A DNA stretch of 60,796 nucleotides, counting the filler, from Catajapyx aquilonaris (lineage: Eukaryota): assembly GCA_000934665.2 (NCBI GenBank). It is 4 parts of 4 records of this genome, joined end to end, with 100 filler letters (N's around TTAATTAATTAA, not from the genome) between each part and the next. Parts side by side here need not be neighbours in the genome. Positions count along the whole stretch, not along the records: positions 15,216 to 30,331 come from JYFJ02007601.1; positions 30,432 to 45,576 come from JYFJ02007602.1; 2 more parts are not named here. One strand, given 5' to 3'. Positions 25,600 through 37,643 of this stretch are shown here, piece after piece. A model generated the notes under the pieces. That model saw only the letters and a program-made list of their open reading frames with translations. It did not search any database and was not told the origin of the DNA. How positions within the stretch are numbered: position 1 is the stretch's first letter; each line of letters opens with the position of its first letter. A program made the position numbers and the translations under genes.

Positions 25600-27830
25600 T
25601 ATAGTCCCCGCGGTACGATGAAAATATCAACAGAAAACTGCATTTTTGTGATAAAAGCAAACAACTTTGCCCACTTGTTCCTTAGACCCATTTGGTTGAT
25701 TTGGCCCGTAGTTCCCTTCATTTCATCCCTTAGGACTCGCGAAATTGGGGGTGGGGTGGGAGGGGGTAAATTTTCCCCCCCAAAAATGTGAGAAATTGTT
25801 AAAAAATCGCTGATGTGTGATTTTGGTGTTGATTGCGCATGAATCAGACCCGCTGAATACGATGACGCTGTTTAAAAGTTTATACAGTCAACGGAAGTCA
25901 AGTTAAAACGGCCATTTCAAACAATGGCGGCCCAAAATTGACAGACTGCTTGAGATGGAGAGATCCGGCTTTTTGACTGGGTATTTGAAAGAAAATCGCG
26001 TGTGCGGAGAAGCACTGAACTCATGTGGGGCCGGGGACATTAACATAGTATACTCAGGGCTATTCAACTGGTGGGGAAATTTTGTCCGGACCACCATGAT
26101 ATACGACTACATAATAAATGATCACTAATGTAAAAATGTTTCAACATGTCCTGCTCTTGCTGTACGTTTTCACTTCTGAGAAATGACCCCTGCTTGACCG
26201 GAGCCCCCGTCGTTCGTAGGAAAGAGGTAGACCAGCATATGGGATATATTTACTGGCCCACTACTGAGAAAGGACGGAAACTATCAGCTGCATTTCCTTT
26301 TTCTCATTTTTCATATATTTTGGTTCTATTCGCTGGGACATCTCAGAGGTTTTGGTGCAGATAGTCGCTGGTTATCCAAGTGATCAGTTCTTGTGTGGTG
26401 TGAGTCGAAATAAAAGGGTAAGTTTGGAGGACGCGTGAAGAATAGGAGGAAAGTGGACGCGATGTCTCAACCAAGATGGATCCATCTTGGTCTCAACACT
26501 GAAGAGCTGTGGCTTAAGCTGATCTCGGAATGCAGCTGATCTCATCGAAGCAGTGAATGTGTAATTGAATTAGTGCGTCGAGGTTTCCGTGCACGGGCTA
26601 CTAAGGTGAGTGGCACATCATGAGAGCCCATCATTTGCCAAATTTGAAGGCTGATAAATCAGGACGAGAATACGTTCTCATGTGCCAGGATGCCAGTATT
26701 ATACAAAACCTGCCCCATGATGAGCTACACCGAAGGGGAATCAGTGTTTCTTCAAATCGGGTCATGGAAGTCACCTCACAGTTGTGCAGGGTGGTTGTTG
26801 AGAGAGCTAGGGAGGAAGGAGTTGTGTGCTCTTCTAATTTGAAGAAGGGCCTGTTTACTTTGGGTGCTCTCGATAACATAGACCACAAGACAACAAGCAA
26901 CACAAGTAAGGGCGAATTTCATGGGACAGGAATATCTGTATATCATCGACGTCTCATGGTCTGCTTTCCATTCCAGTAGAGCACGCGAGACCTCGGCTCT
27001 ACCTGCCATCAGCGCACTCCTTCCATTGTTTCATGAAAAGTCTGCCTCCGCTGCTATGATTAGACATGGAATGGATATCATCAGAGGCATTACCAAGCAC
27101 TTGGAATGGAATCCAGGTGCCCATTATGTGGCTTGACCACCACAGCATTAGCCAAGAGTATCCAATGGAATTGGCCGATACAACCAAACCAATGATGACG
27201 AGTAGGATCATGTAACTATGGCATTGAAAAGCTATGTTTGTGGTGATATTTAATTCGTGTATCAGGCTGGAATTAGCGTAAAATTCCTAATAATATTATT
27301 AAGTGTCCCTACTCAATAAACTAGACAGTAAGCTACATTTTGATTCACGGAACCGTCAAGATCAACCGCCATTACTGCCCCACAGTTGTGAAAATTTTGG
27401 TAAATTTTGGATCGAATAGAGCGTTTTCCATATACTTTCAACGGTAGTGTAGACCAGGAAAAGACACCGACGACGAAAGGTTGCCACTGACTGAGTGACC
27501 GAAAGAGTTGCAATTTTTGATAAAAATCGTTCTGAAAACGTTCAAATATATTGCTTATTTACTATTTTGACTTCATATTTGTAACCTCCGAGCCCGATTT
27601 AGTCCAAAAAGACCCCTAATTTATAGGTTTACGACAACAAAAATATGTAAGAAAATTTCGGCCGCCATTTTGGGAAATGGCAGCCCATTCGAGTCCGCAG
27701 GGGTGAAATTTTCGGAACACCACCGGGCCAAATCGCTTTACTTTTTTTACCCTACACATCATCGGTATGGGTCACTTGCTTCGAACGCATTTGTCATTTT
27801 TGGCCTCCATTTTTTTTAAACCTACATGAC
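25600..27830 (+). mobile_element. Academ-like DNA transposon relic with an internally deleted transposase (coding part about 26680-27180)
   Basis: LHRRGISVSSNRVMEV..GVVCSSNLKKGLFTLGALDNIDH..FHGTGISVYH, then WSAFHSS..ALLPLFHEKSASAAMIRHGMDII, then frameshifted ALAKSIQWNWP. I recall these motifs from Academ-type transposases. The outer boundaries are approximate. Confidence 0.7.
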
Positions 27831-27996
27831 GTCACTTCCGTTGCTCGGATGGCATTTTAAGGCCATATTGATGGGCCGATTACAATCACTTCTCGTACTC
27901 AGCTGAAGATTTAGACATGGTGTCGTTCTGCTGAGGTACACCAACTGTCACATGCAAGGTCACATGCATTCCATTCAAACACCCTGTACTATAGAC

Positions 27997-28226
27997 TTTT
28001 ATAATAATTGATATTAGGGAGCCTGGTATTACCTTTCAACCGCCAAGGATAGGGAATGAAGGAAGCGGCTGTGGCCTATTATACGGAAGCGACCCCGGAA
28101 TTATCCTAGAAAGACCGTGGAAACCCACAGAAAACTAACGGTCAGGGTTTCCGGCCCCGGGATTCGAACCCTGGACCTCCCGAGTAGCAGTCGGACGCCT
28201 TATCCGCTACGCCAAACTGCTTCGGT
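27997..28226 (-). mobile_element. tRNA-derived SINE, family A
   Basis: Minus strand has an A box TGGCGTAGCGG and a B box GGTTCGAATCC. It aligns end to end with 48854-49083. Degenerate target-site duplication (TSD) CTGTACTATAGACT / CTGCACTAGACT. Confidence 0.88.
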
Positions 28227-28389
28227 CTGCACTAGACTAAATAAATGACGAGTAATTGATCTGCTTCACTGGTCGATCTGTGGCAAGCACCATTCCTCGA
28301 ACTGGGCCCGATACGATCAGCTTTCAATGCAACTGTAAGGTAGAGCTGGACGCAAACTGAAACCTTTTAGCGTGGCAATGAAATATTAA

Positions 28390-29357
28390 GGTAGTTCTTG
28401 CGCTTCGAAACGGAGGGAAGGGGGAGGGGTGTTGAGCCTGTGTTTATACATGGGGCGAGCTGGCCAATACCAACTTCTGCGATTGTAAGACATTTCTGCT
28501 AGTATTTCTCTGAAACAGAGTTTTGAGTACGTGTTTCGCGTCGGATACGTTACGTGAACATTTATTTGAGGGATAATAATTCCCCCGTGCACTTTTGTCC
28601 CGGAGAAGAGCAGAAATATGACTGTTCCAAATACCGGGAAAAGTGCGGGAAATCCGACAACGTTGCACACGTTGGCAGGCCTGATCAACAACGTATCGAT
28701 GTTTCGATGTATCGATATTTCCCCCCAGCGATATATCGAGTACTCGATAGTTAGCCCAACTATCGATATTACAGTATATCGATATTTTAATAAAATTATT
28801 GTTATTGTTATTGTTATTAAAATATATTATTGAAATTATTATTATTGCCCCTTTTAACTCTTGCACATCGCTATATCGTAAAACGAGCCCTATATATTAA
28901 TTTTATACTCTTAAAACGAGCTAAGCGCGATGCCTGGGACTTTCAAAACGCGCGCCCCCTACTATATTGTTGTAGGTTGTAGGTTGTAGCGATGACTTGC
29001 AAAGTCATCGCTGGGAGCCGTGACTACCCCGCAGTTTTGAAGGGATTGTGGAAGAACGGGCCTGGTGACGTATTGGTTTCTTGTGACAAAATAATTTGGT
29101 ACGAATGTGGCTACACAGTGATTAGTTTTTTGTGATCGTGGCACCATTTTCACGGGATCTACGGGGGGAAATATCGGTTCCTGGATGCCCCTCTCCATAA
29201 GCCGCCATGTATAAGACCTCAAGTTCAGAGATGAATATCTCCGAAAGTATTTAGTAGAAGTCCTTTATATTTTACAGGCTCATTAGTCGCATAACAGGGA
29301 ACAACTGGTGTAATTTTAAATTCTCTGCCACCATTTCTTCTTAGCGCAAGAACTACC
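28390..29357. mobile_element. Kolobok-like non-autonomous DNA transposon, copy 2
   Basis: Same TIR and TTAA flanks as 23245-24196. It is collinear and highly similar over its full length, in the same orientation. Confidence 0.88.
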
Positions 29358-29573
29358 TTAAAACACAGTGAGTGCCAGTACGGGAGACGTAAGTACAGGT
29401 CTGCTTACAGCTGAAGGGAATGGAAAGAGGGGTGCGAATGGCAAGGGTCAACATATCCATTTTATAATATTATTCCGTCCAAGATTGGGCTTTCAGGCTT
29501 CTTCACTACACTAACCTTATTCTGAGGACAACTACCGCCATGGCAAGCTAGTGCAGCAGTGGAAATGTTTACA

Positions 29574-30331
29574 ATTAATTATTAAATGTATGCTTGAGCT
29601 TAATAATTAATCCATTGGACTTGTGTGAAGTCAGTCAGCATGCCCGGATTAGATGTGCTGGTCCATTACTCCTTCCCATGGCAATGGTTGGAGCATGAGG
29701 TCTAATGATGGTAAGGACATACGTCAGTCTTTTCCATTAGGTGCGATTCAGTTCCTCCCTATATGAATTATTTGAAGCACTTAGGCATAGGGTCAAGCTA
29801 ATTGGGCTTTATCGATGTTTGGGTTGTGCTGCAGTGTGCGTTGGCCGCAAATGACTGATGGAGCGCATGATTACAAAGCTTTGGATAGAGGAGACTACCA
29901 CTTGGTGGAATAATGAGGCTAATTCATTCTTAATCTAGTTTGGATTAATTATTAATGTATCGAAGAGCTTAATGATCCCTTTCACTTGTGTGAAGTCAAT
30001 GGTTGAGTGAAGCATGCCCGGATTGGATGTGTTGGTCCTTTACTCCTTTCCATGGCAATGGTTGGAGCATGAGGTCGAATGGTTAAGGGCACACGTCAGT
30101 CTTTTCCATTAGGTGCGATTCAGTCACTCCCTATGTGAATTATTTGAAGGGCTTAGGCATAGGGACAAGCTAATTGGGCTTTATCGATATTTGGGTTTTG
30201 CTGCAGTGTGCGTTGGCCGCTAATGACTGATGGGGCGCATGATTGCAAAGCTTTGGATAGAGGATTTAGATAGAGGCGACTACCACTTGGTGGCATAATG
30301 AGGCTAATTCATTATTAATCTAGTTTGGAGT
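29574..30331. repeat. Tandem repeat, two diverged units of about 370-390 bp running into the contig end
   Basis: Unit 1 (about 29574-29943) and unit 2 (about 29944-30331) share ACTTGTGTGAAGTCA..GCATGCCCGGATT..CCATGGCAATGGTTGGAGCATGAGGTC..TAATCTAGTTTGGA. Confidence 0.85.
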
Positions 30332-30431
30332 NNNNNNNNNNNNNNNNNNNNNNNNNNNNNNNNNNNNNNNNNNNNTTAATTAATTAANNNNNNNNNNNNN
30401 NNNNNNNNNNNNNNNNNNNNNNNNNNNNNNN
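30332..30431. other. Artificial contig linker
   Basis: N44-TTAATTAATTAA-N44. Confidence 0.98.
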
Positions 30432-31555
30432 TATATATATGCCGCCAAATGGCTGACGACACCAAAACGCGTCAGCCATTTCATTCCAATATGGCGGCAC
30501 AATATGTGCACTTACCCCGGGTGTGCACTTCCCCCACTTCACCCTATATTGAAATGGAGATGTGTTCAGAGGGGTTTACTTACATGGTGTTTGAGAAATA
30601 CAATACCCTGATACCAGAGGTGGGGGGTAACATTCTTAATCAGCCAGAGAAGTGAGTTGTCCAAATGCTATGTCCAGTAAGGTCTGTGAGACACCTCACT
30701 GGCCCAATATGCCCTATTCATACAACTAATACAACTAATGTCAATGTCCAGTGCTACAACTACTTCTATTATGCATATTAAAAGACAGTTTAACCAATTT
30801 CTCACCCCGGTTACTCTTTAGCATCTCCTTTCACACATGTGCGAGCACACATCCTCGCTTACGTGCACACAAAATGCAAAAATATTATTTGTTCTTGTTA
30901 ATAATTGGTTCTAAATTGAAACACCTGCCCCAAAGCAAGATGATCAGAAAGGCATATATGTGACTTACAGAAAGGTGACAATGTCATGCACAGTATTGGT
31001 AATCTCATAATGCAGATTTAAAAACCCATCTTTACGCCAATTGCATGATCAATATCAAACCCAAAACAAGTGATTCATCCCATGTTATCCATATAGGATT
31101 TATTGTTTGTTCTGGGTTTACTGTCTATCAAACAACCAGTTCTTAAACACAGTTCAATATAGTATGCTGAATCCCAAGACTCTCTACTATCCTTTATGCA
31201 CTTCTTGGAAGATCTATTTCCTGATACAGAGGAGCAAGGTGAGCTTCTTAGGTATTGGGCAATTAGATAATTCTTTCAGTTAATATTTATTTCCTGAATA
31301 GCTTGACAAAGGAGAGCTTCCAGTACCTTTATAAGAGATATCTGAAATCTACTGAGAGAATACATGTGAATATAAGTTCATGCAGGTTAGGCAACACTAA
31401 ACTTATGCTATGTCATGCCTGTCACAGAAGAATGTGACATGGTTAGGACAGTCAGTGTCCTATTGGCACAGTATTATCACAGACACTCTCCCATAAAAAA
31501 ATAACTTGACAGTATCCATAATAATATTGTGCCAATAGTACATTTTCTAAAAATA

Positions 31556-32352
31556 CAGGGTTGGGCAAAATGATTAACAGTGTTTGAATCACGTGGTACG
31601 GTGGTGCTATTTGCCCATGCGCTGGATATTGGCATGTACTGGAGTGGGGAAGGTATGCCATTTGCTAAAATTGCATCGTGGTCAGCAGCACACCATGCAT
31701 TCGTTGTGGAGGATTATTTTAAAAATAATGAATCCCCTGTACCTGTACAAAGTATCTTTCTTCGCCTTTTTGGGCTGGAACCTCAGGACGATGTCCCCGA
31801 CCACAGGACATTCACAAAATGTGTGAAGCAGTTCTGGGATACAGCTTCAAGCCGGGATCAGACAGCTGTAAAAGGACACATTAGACCCCTCAACGGAGCT
31901 TCAAATGGCCGATTGCTGAGGACCTCGGAGTAGCGCATTGCTTACCTCTTGTACCCGTTGAGGGGTCCTCTGTGTTATTTGACATCCAGTGCTTTCTGGT
32001 CCCAGCTTGAAGCTGTGTCCCAGAACTGCTTCACCCACCTTATGAACGTCCGGTGGTCGGGGACTTTGTCCTGACGTCCCTGCCCAATAAGGCGAAGAAA
32101 TATCCTTTGTACAGCTATGGGGGACTCATTATTTTAAAACTAATCCTCCACGACGAATGCATGGTGTTCTGCTGACCACGACGCAATTTTTGCAAATGGC
32201 ATACCTTCCCCACTCCAGCACATGCCAATATCCAGCTCATGCGCAAATGGCATACCTTCCCCACTCCAGCACATGCCAATATCCAGCTCATGCGCAAATA
32301 GCACAACCGTACCACGTGATTCAAATACTGTTAATCATTTTGCCCAACCCTG
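31556..32352. mobile_element. Palindromic Tc1/mariner derivative: two inverted copies of the 5' end of a DUF4817-type transposon
   Basis: TA-CAGGGTTGGGCAAAATGATTAAC ... GTTAATCATTTTGCCCAACCCTG-TA. The arms pair inward to about 31895/31955. The left arm encodes WSAAHHAFVVEDYFKNNESPVPVQSIFLRLF..VPDHRTFTKCVKQFWDT. The right arm has a 51-bp tandem duplication. Confidence 0.9.
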
Positions 32353-33614
32353 TACATACAACAATATTTAGACAATTTATTTGCAAATATTTTCACATGC
32401 TGCATTGCTTTTATTGTACCAGAAGTTCTCTGTTCCTCTTGGGGTCTCAGTCAGTCAAGAACTTACTCCACGAAGCAGAATTTTCCAGCTGTTCATTATC
32501 AGGCCTGAAATAGCTGCTGCATTACCTCATGATGCTTTCCTCTTATGGTCCTAGTCTGGACACAGGAGATAACTTACCCACTGTGTAACTATTGTGGAAA
32601 CTGAAAATTTTGTAGTAAACAACAAATTACCCCAAGTTCTCTCCAGTGTCCAGTGCCCTATGATAAAATGGAATATGGTAAGGTATAGATGCATAAGGAA
32701 ACATACATGACAATTGTAAAGTAAAGACACAGAATGATATTCTAATCACACATCACATATCTATCAGTGGTGATTGCTGGGACAGTGTTTATGTTAATTC
32801 AGTATTCCGTCCTCACAGATTAGAGTTTTTCTAGTGATTATGTAGCCTGTACTGTATAGTACCATCAATCAGGGCCGGTGCCAGACTATCTTGTGCCCCA
32901 GGCAAGGCAAGTTGCACTATAATCCCCACTTCACTTTTTAAGAACATGTGTTTCATGCAAAAGATAAAATCACACAATTTGAAACTGATAAATTTATTTT
33001 GAAATCCCAGAATAAGTAGTACAAATTTTTTGATTACACTGGCCAACAAAAGGATCTCTTCCAGAATCATTGTTTTCTCAGTCTGCCAATCATTTTAGTG
33101 GAAGTTTTCCGTAGTAATGCCAGATGAAAAATCGCGACCCAGTTTGTTTTATAGATGGAGGTCTTCCGAAAATCTGCACTGCAAATTCTCAGGTTTGCTG
33201 TTTTTTTTCCAATTTCAAATCATGACAAAAAATGCAAGGAAGGTTCATTTCATAGAAAACATTGTCTGAGGGTACTAATGGGCTGTAAGGTGGGGGCTCA
33301 CAAACCTCCTATCTTAAACTAGGAATGTGTCTAGTGTTGGTCTAGTGATTTCTTTAGATGTTGTACAAGCATTTTTGATTCACAAATATCACACAATCAG
33401 ACTGCCACATGTTTTGTGGACTCATTTTGGTGGCAATTTTTAGACCAATATTACTGAGGTGAAGGCTGCAATGGCATGGTGGATTGGTCTGGAAAATTAC
33501 TGGAGATAGAGTGAGGACAAGCTCTTCCATTGGACTAAGATAAGATTTCAAGTATTTAGATGTCTACGTATATCAGAAAAATAGTGCTCAATAATAAGCA
33601 TCAGATACCATATA

Positions 33615-34124
33615 CCATATTACCTCACATAAAGCGGCATGCCGGTATAAAACGAGGTCGACCAGCATGCCGGTATAACCAGGGGGTGGCTGGCATACCT
33701 CAATAACCGAAGTAGATTTCCATAATTTTGACCCTTGTCATTTTTTAATGGAATGCTTCTAGTACCGCACTGAAATTATGTTACGCTGAAAATGGGCTGT
33801 AATAATATGCAAGTTCTGTTGCACAGTGCACATAAAAAATGTCGAATGTGTGACGAATCCCATGTTCAGCCTGTTTTTAAATAGAGATTATTGCCAGACA
33901 CTGCAATTGAAAACAATATATTCGGAAAATGTGCCTTTTTGATAACCTTTACTTGAATTTCGATTTTCAGGCAAATGTCAAGTAATATAACTTATGTGAA
34001 AACCTCACCTTATACCGGCATACCTCTCCCTATACTGGCATGCCAGTATAGCCACCAGATCATGCATTTCTAAAAACTGGTTGACCTCTGCTACCGGCAT
34101 GCCACTTTATGTGAGGTAATACGG
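33615..34124. mobile_element. TcMar-Tc2-like MITE
   Basis: TA-CCATATTACCTCACATAAAGCGGCATGCCGGTA ... TACCGGCATGCCACTTTATGTGAGGTAATACGG-TA, with subterminal GCATGCCGGTATA repeats. Confidence 0.85.
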
Positions 34125-35639
34125 TAAATGCTTAAAGATTTTGAGCATTACTACCAGAATAAAAATTAAGGGGTTCTGTATTTTCACCATGACACTGTAA
34201 CTTTAAAACATAACAGGTGCTAATTATTAGGCTACTCTCTAGGTAATTAGCATATATTGAGCAGCTTGCATTTGACTAACTTGCCAAACTGTTTAAAAAG
34301 GGGCAAGAGACTGCATTTTTTTACGTGACCTTAGTAAATTTTCCTGCATTAATGTTGTTTAAGAAATATTTATTTTCAGTATTTGTATGAGTTGTGCTGT
34401 GTGTTTGAAGGAAAACATGAGGTGGAAGCATTTTGCTACTATTTTAAGAGTCAATCATTTATGGCTCACATTGCATGAGACATATTTATCTGAAAGATCC
34501 TATTTCTCTCCATGTGGCTAAAACAAATAACAATGGAATAAGTCAGATTAAGAGCTAAATTATGAAAACAGCTGCTTATAAGGTATGAAAAAGTTTGCTT
34601 TGTTTGATTTTTCCCCACATCACTTGCAAGTACACTGTCTTCTGGTGTATACTGTTGTGTTGCTTTACTGATTATTATTGAGATATTAATTCCATGGTCA
34701 ATTTTTGTTAAATCTCCAAAAATATAAAGAACATAGTTTAACAGGTTACACTTGTACGGTACTGAAGACAGCACACCCTTCTGTAGATTTCAGCACAGTG
34801 GTCTTTGCTCAGGGAAATGGCTTCCTTTTTCAGTAAGACATTTGTTACTTTATCAATTGTAAGCATGACATTTGATTGCAAATGTTAACCTGTTCTCTTG
34901 GCCATTAGTTCATATCTCAAGTATGGATTATCATATTATTTTTATTCAGACAGTGTTTGTGTTGTGAAGGCCTGTTATTGTGTCAATAATTTATTGACCG
35001 TTCTGATTTTATAGAAAGAATATGTTGGGATTGATTTACATGGAGCAACCAATTCCAACATGACTTCAGCGAAGTGTGTTAGGATTTGTGTACATAATGT
35101 AATGTATACAGTACTTAATGATGATATTTAATATTGTGGAAAGAAATGACAGCCCTTGCCTTTGGAGCATTTGAGTGTCTCATGAGAGAATAATCAATAT
35201 TGTGTATTCACCATTTTTGTTTTTGAACTACTCAGATTTAATGTATAAAAGAAACAATAAACTGTTGATTGGCTGAAGATGCTGAGCATGTTGTACTGGT
35301 AGGTGACCTGATATGTCATTTATTAAACCTTTAATACCATATAATTTAAGGAGTGTACTTTTTAGGAGAGATGTGTGTAAGTATGGCATGTTTACTCTGG
35401 ATCAGGTGGCTAATTATGCCAGTTACTACTACAGCAAAAGAATAAATTTGATCATCAGTGGGTTCCCACTGAGTTTTAAACTTATGGTTCTTCAGTTCAT
35501 TATTATGTATTTAATGTTAAAGATTAAATTCACAGTGAGAAAGGTTTATTACAGAATTAGAGGTTTAATGATGGTAATGGGGAGTCAGATGTAACATGAA
35601 TTTGCAAGGGTGACTGAAAAATGCGTCTGACCCGTCTGA

Positions 35640-36149
35640 CTGACATGTCTTCGTCTTACATTGCTCTTCCCTTCGAGGAAGAACCTCCAGTCCTGCTGAT
35701 GGTCTGGAGTTCCTTCGTCCTTTCGTTCGTTGGTCTGTGTTCATCATCCATCATTCCTTCTTCACTTCGTGTTGGCTGCCGGTGCTCCTGGGGACTTCGA
35801 GGGTGAGACTGGAGTTGGTAGAACTTCCTGGAGCTCCTCGTTAGTCCCATTGTCGAACTGCACTGCTGGTCACGGCTCATGTGGGAAGACATGTGGCTCC
35901 CAGGCAGGGTCCCACGGTGTCATGGGGCCCTGCCGATTGATGGCGTAGCACCAGGGATTTGCACAAGCCAAATCCAACCATTGGAGATTCCTTCATGGAA
36001 TCTTCAGTGGTAGTACGAGTTCGTGGAGGATGTAGCTGCTTGAAGGGAGGCGGTGGGCAGTGTGCTCATCTTGGGGAATGGACATATATGGCCAGCAGGC
36101 ACTTCCTAATCACTGTAAGCCTCAGTACTTGCCCAGGTTATAAATGACA
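35640..36149 (-). pseudogene. Decayed terminal-exon-like sequence, family unknown
   Basis: GC-richer block after a CTGCAG acceptor. One frame reads VIYNLGKY*GLQ*LGSACWPYMS..SSYILHELVLPLKIP*RNLQWLDLACANPWCYAIN..HEP*PAVQFD..TK*. The stops are TGA, consistent with CGA decay. Confidence 0.35.
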
Positions 36150-36777
36150 CTGCAGAATTCAAATATGGCATTAATTAATTAAGAGAAGGATATACTGTAT
36201 GTATTTGAAATAGCTAATAGGATTAAAAGAAAGAGGCAGTGTAAGACTTTTGTCAATCAGAAGGGGACAGGGAAAAGGGATGAATGAAGGTGAGGAAAGG
36301 GAAACCTGTTCAAGCAACTCTCGGGTAATGGAAATGAACTCATTTTAGGTTTAGCAATGTATATGTTTGATTCGGAAATTTTGTTTAGAGATCTCAAATT
36401 ACTCAACCAACACCTGTGCTTCTCACACTTTCACTGTGTATTCGCCAAAACAATTATTAGCCTAACCACCTGCTTGAATCAGCAAGCAGTTTGTAGGTTA
36501 TGAAAAATGATGCAAAAGTAACAGCCAATTCTCATCATGCCAATCTACACATGAATAAGAATGATATTTAAACAAATATGTCTATGGCAATTGGCAACTC
36601 ATACAGAAAGGACTTCCCTTCACTCCTGCAAAAAAAATTCCATTTTGATATCTTTCCATTTTGAAAAAGTAGGCCTAAATACGAGGGTGAATCAGAAAGT
36701 AATTGAAAACTTTTTAAATTCAGAAGTTTCACGAGGGAGACTGAAACATGAATAAAGGACAAGTCTTCCTCTATAAA

Positions 36778-37200
36778 CTAGCGCACCCGCAGCCAAAATT
36801 CGGCAAAACCTGCAATGAGGAAGACAATGGTAATGAAAAAATGGAATGAGAGGGCTCACGTATAGCTGCTCGTAATACTAACGGGGTTGAAAAATTGAGT
36901 GTCATTGAATCAATGGACATACTGTACACTTCCTGAATGGGATATGAGAAAATTTTTCATAAGACCTCGCGATATACAACATTGTGTGTAAACACTCTGT
37001 TGTTGGAGAGCAAGGTTCCGTGTTGAGCAGTAGGAGTAGTGAACACTTTGACCTGACTTGGGTTGCAAGACCGGGACAGTGCCACATGCAGCTGGCCATG
37101 TGAGAAGACAGGTTCATCCAGGTAAATCCCCGATTCCCCGCGTGCTGAAAAGTGTGGCTTGCGACTTGGTCATGGCATCTGAGGCTGGGATGACATTATG
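36778..37200 (-). mobile_element. Helitron 3' end with a RepHel Pif1 helicase C-terminal remnant
   Basis: Minus strand reads AMT.KSQ, then frameshifted GIYLDEPVFSHGQLHVALSRSCNPSQVKVF..FTHNVVYREVL* (stop at 36957). It ends with the hairpin GCCGAATTTTGGC and terminal CTAG^T at 36781-36778. Confidence 0.92.
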
Positions 37201-37643
37201 TCAATGAACATATAAGACTTTTGGATCCGGATTCAGCAGGCTGTGATTAAGGCTATTAGGCTAATAATAATAGCTGATAATATAGCTGGCTCAGATTGAA
37301 TCAGTTGGCAGACCTGTATTGGCGGGAAAAGAAATAGGTGGCGGTTAGGACTTTTGGCGGGAAGGGAAAGTTGGCGGCCGCCAAGGGAGTGCTGCCACCT
37401 TTTGGTCACGGCAGTAATTCTTCAGGCCGCCACATTCTGGAACCGTCTGGAACGTTCCGGAGACGAAAAAAGTAAGGCTATTATTATAGGGGGATTTTAG
37501 ATATAAGCCTACAGTCCAGGCAGTCCCACAGGTGCGTGCCAATCAGGCAATGACACACTCTAATAATAACAATTATTGCATCCAGCTGCACATGTGATTG
37601 AAGAGGATCAGCGCGCCGAGGGCAGCACCACAAGTTCCAAAGG

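Larger units (their letters stand above)
30560..35460 (+). pseudogene. Multi-exon pseudogene of an unidentified, probably helical, protein
   Basis: Exon-like segments starting at AG acceptors: 31097-31238 (DLLFVLGLLSIKQPVLKHSSI*YAESQDSLLSFMHFLEDLF), 31302-31385 (LTKESFQYLYKRYLKST), 32423-about 32568 (SSLFLLGSQSVKNLLHEAEFSSCSLSGLK*LLHYLMML) and 33358-about 33540 (VVQAFLIHKYHTIRLPHVLWTHFGGNF*..AAMAWWIGLENYWR*). Weaker segments continue to about 35460. In-frame stops and one phase mismatch. Confidence 0.5.

Noticed and set aside
23299..29222. Duplicated 60-140 aa ORFs (MQELKGAIII..., MRFYTWRLME...)
   Set aside because: They lie inside the two MITE copies, include microsatellite-derived poly-Asn and show no domain.
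36682..36960. Mariner-like TIR start TACGAGGGTGAATCAGAAAGT, suggesting a mariner across this region
   Set aside because: No partner TIR was found, and the sequence from 36778 is explained by the Helitron 3' end.
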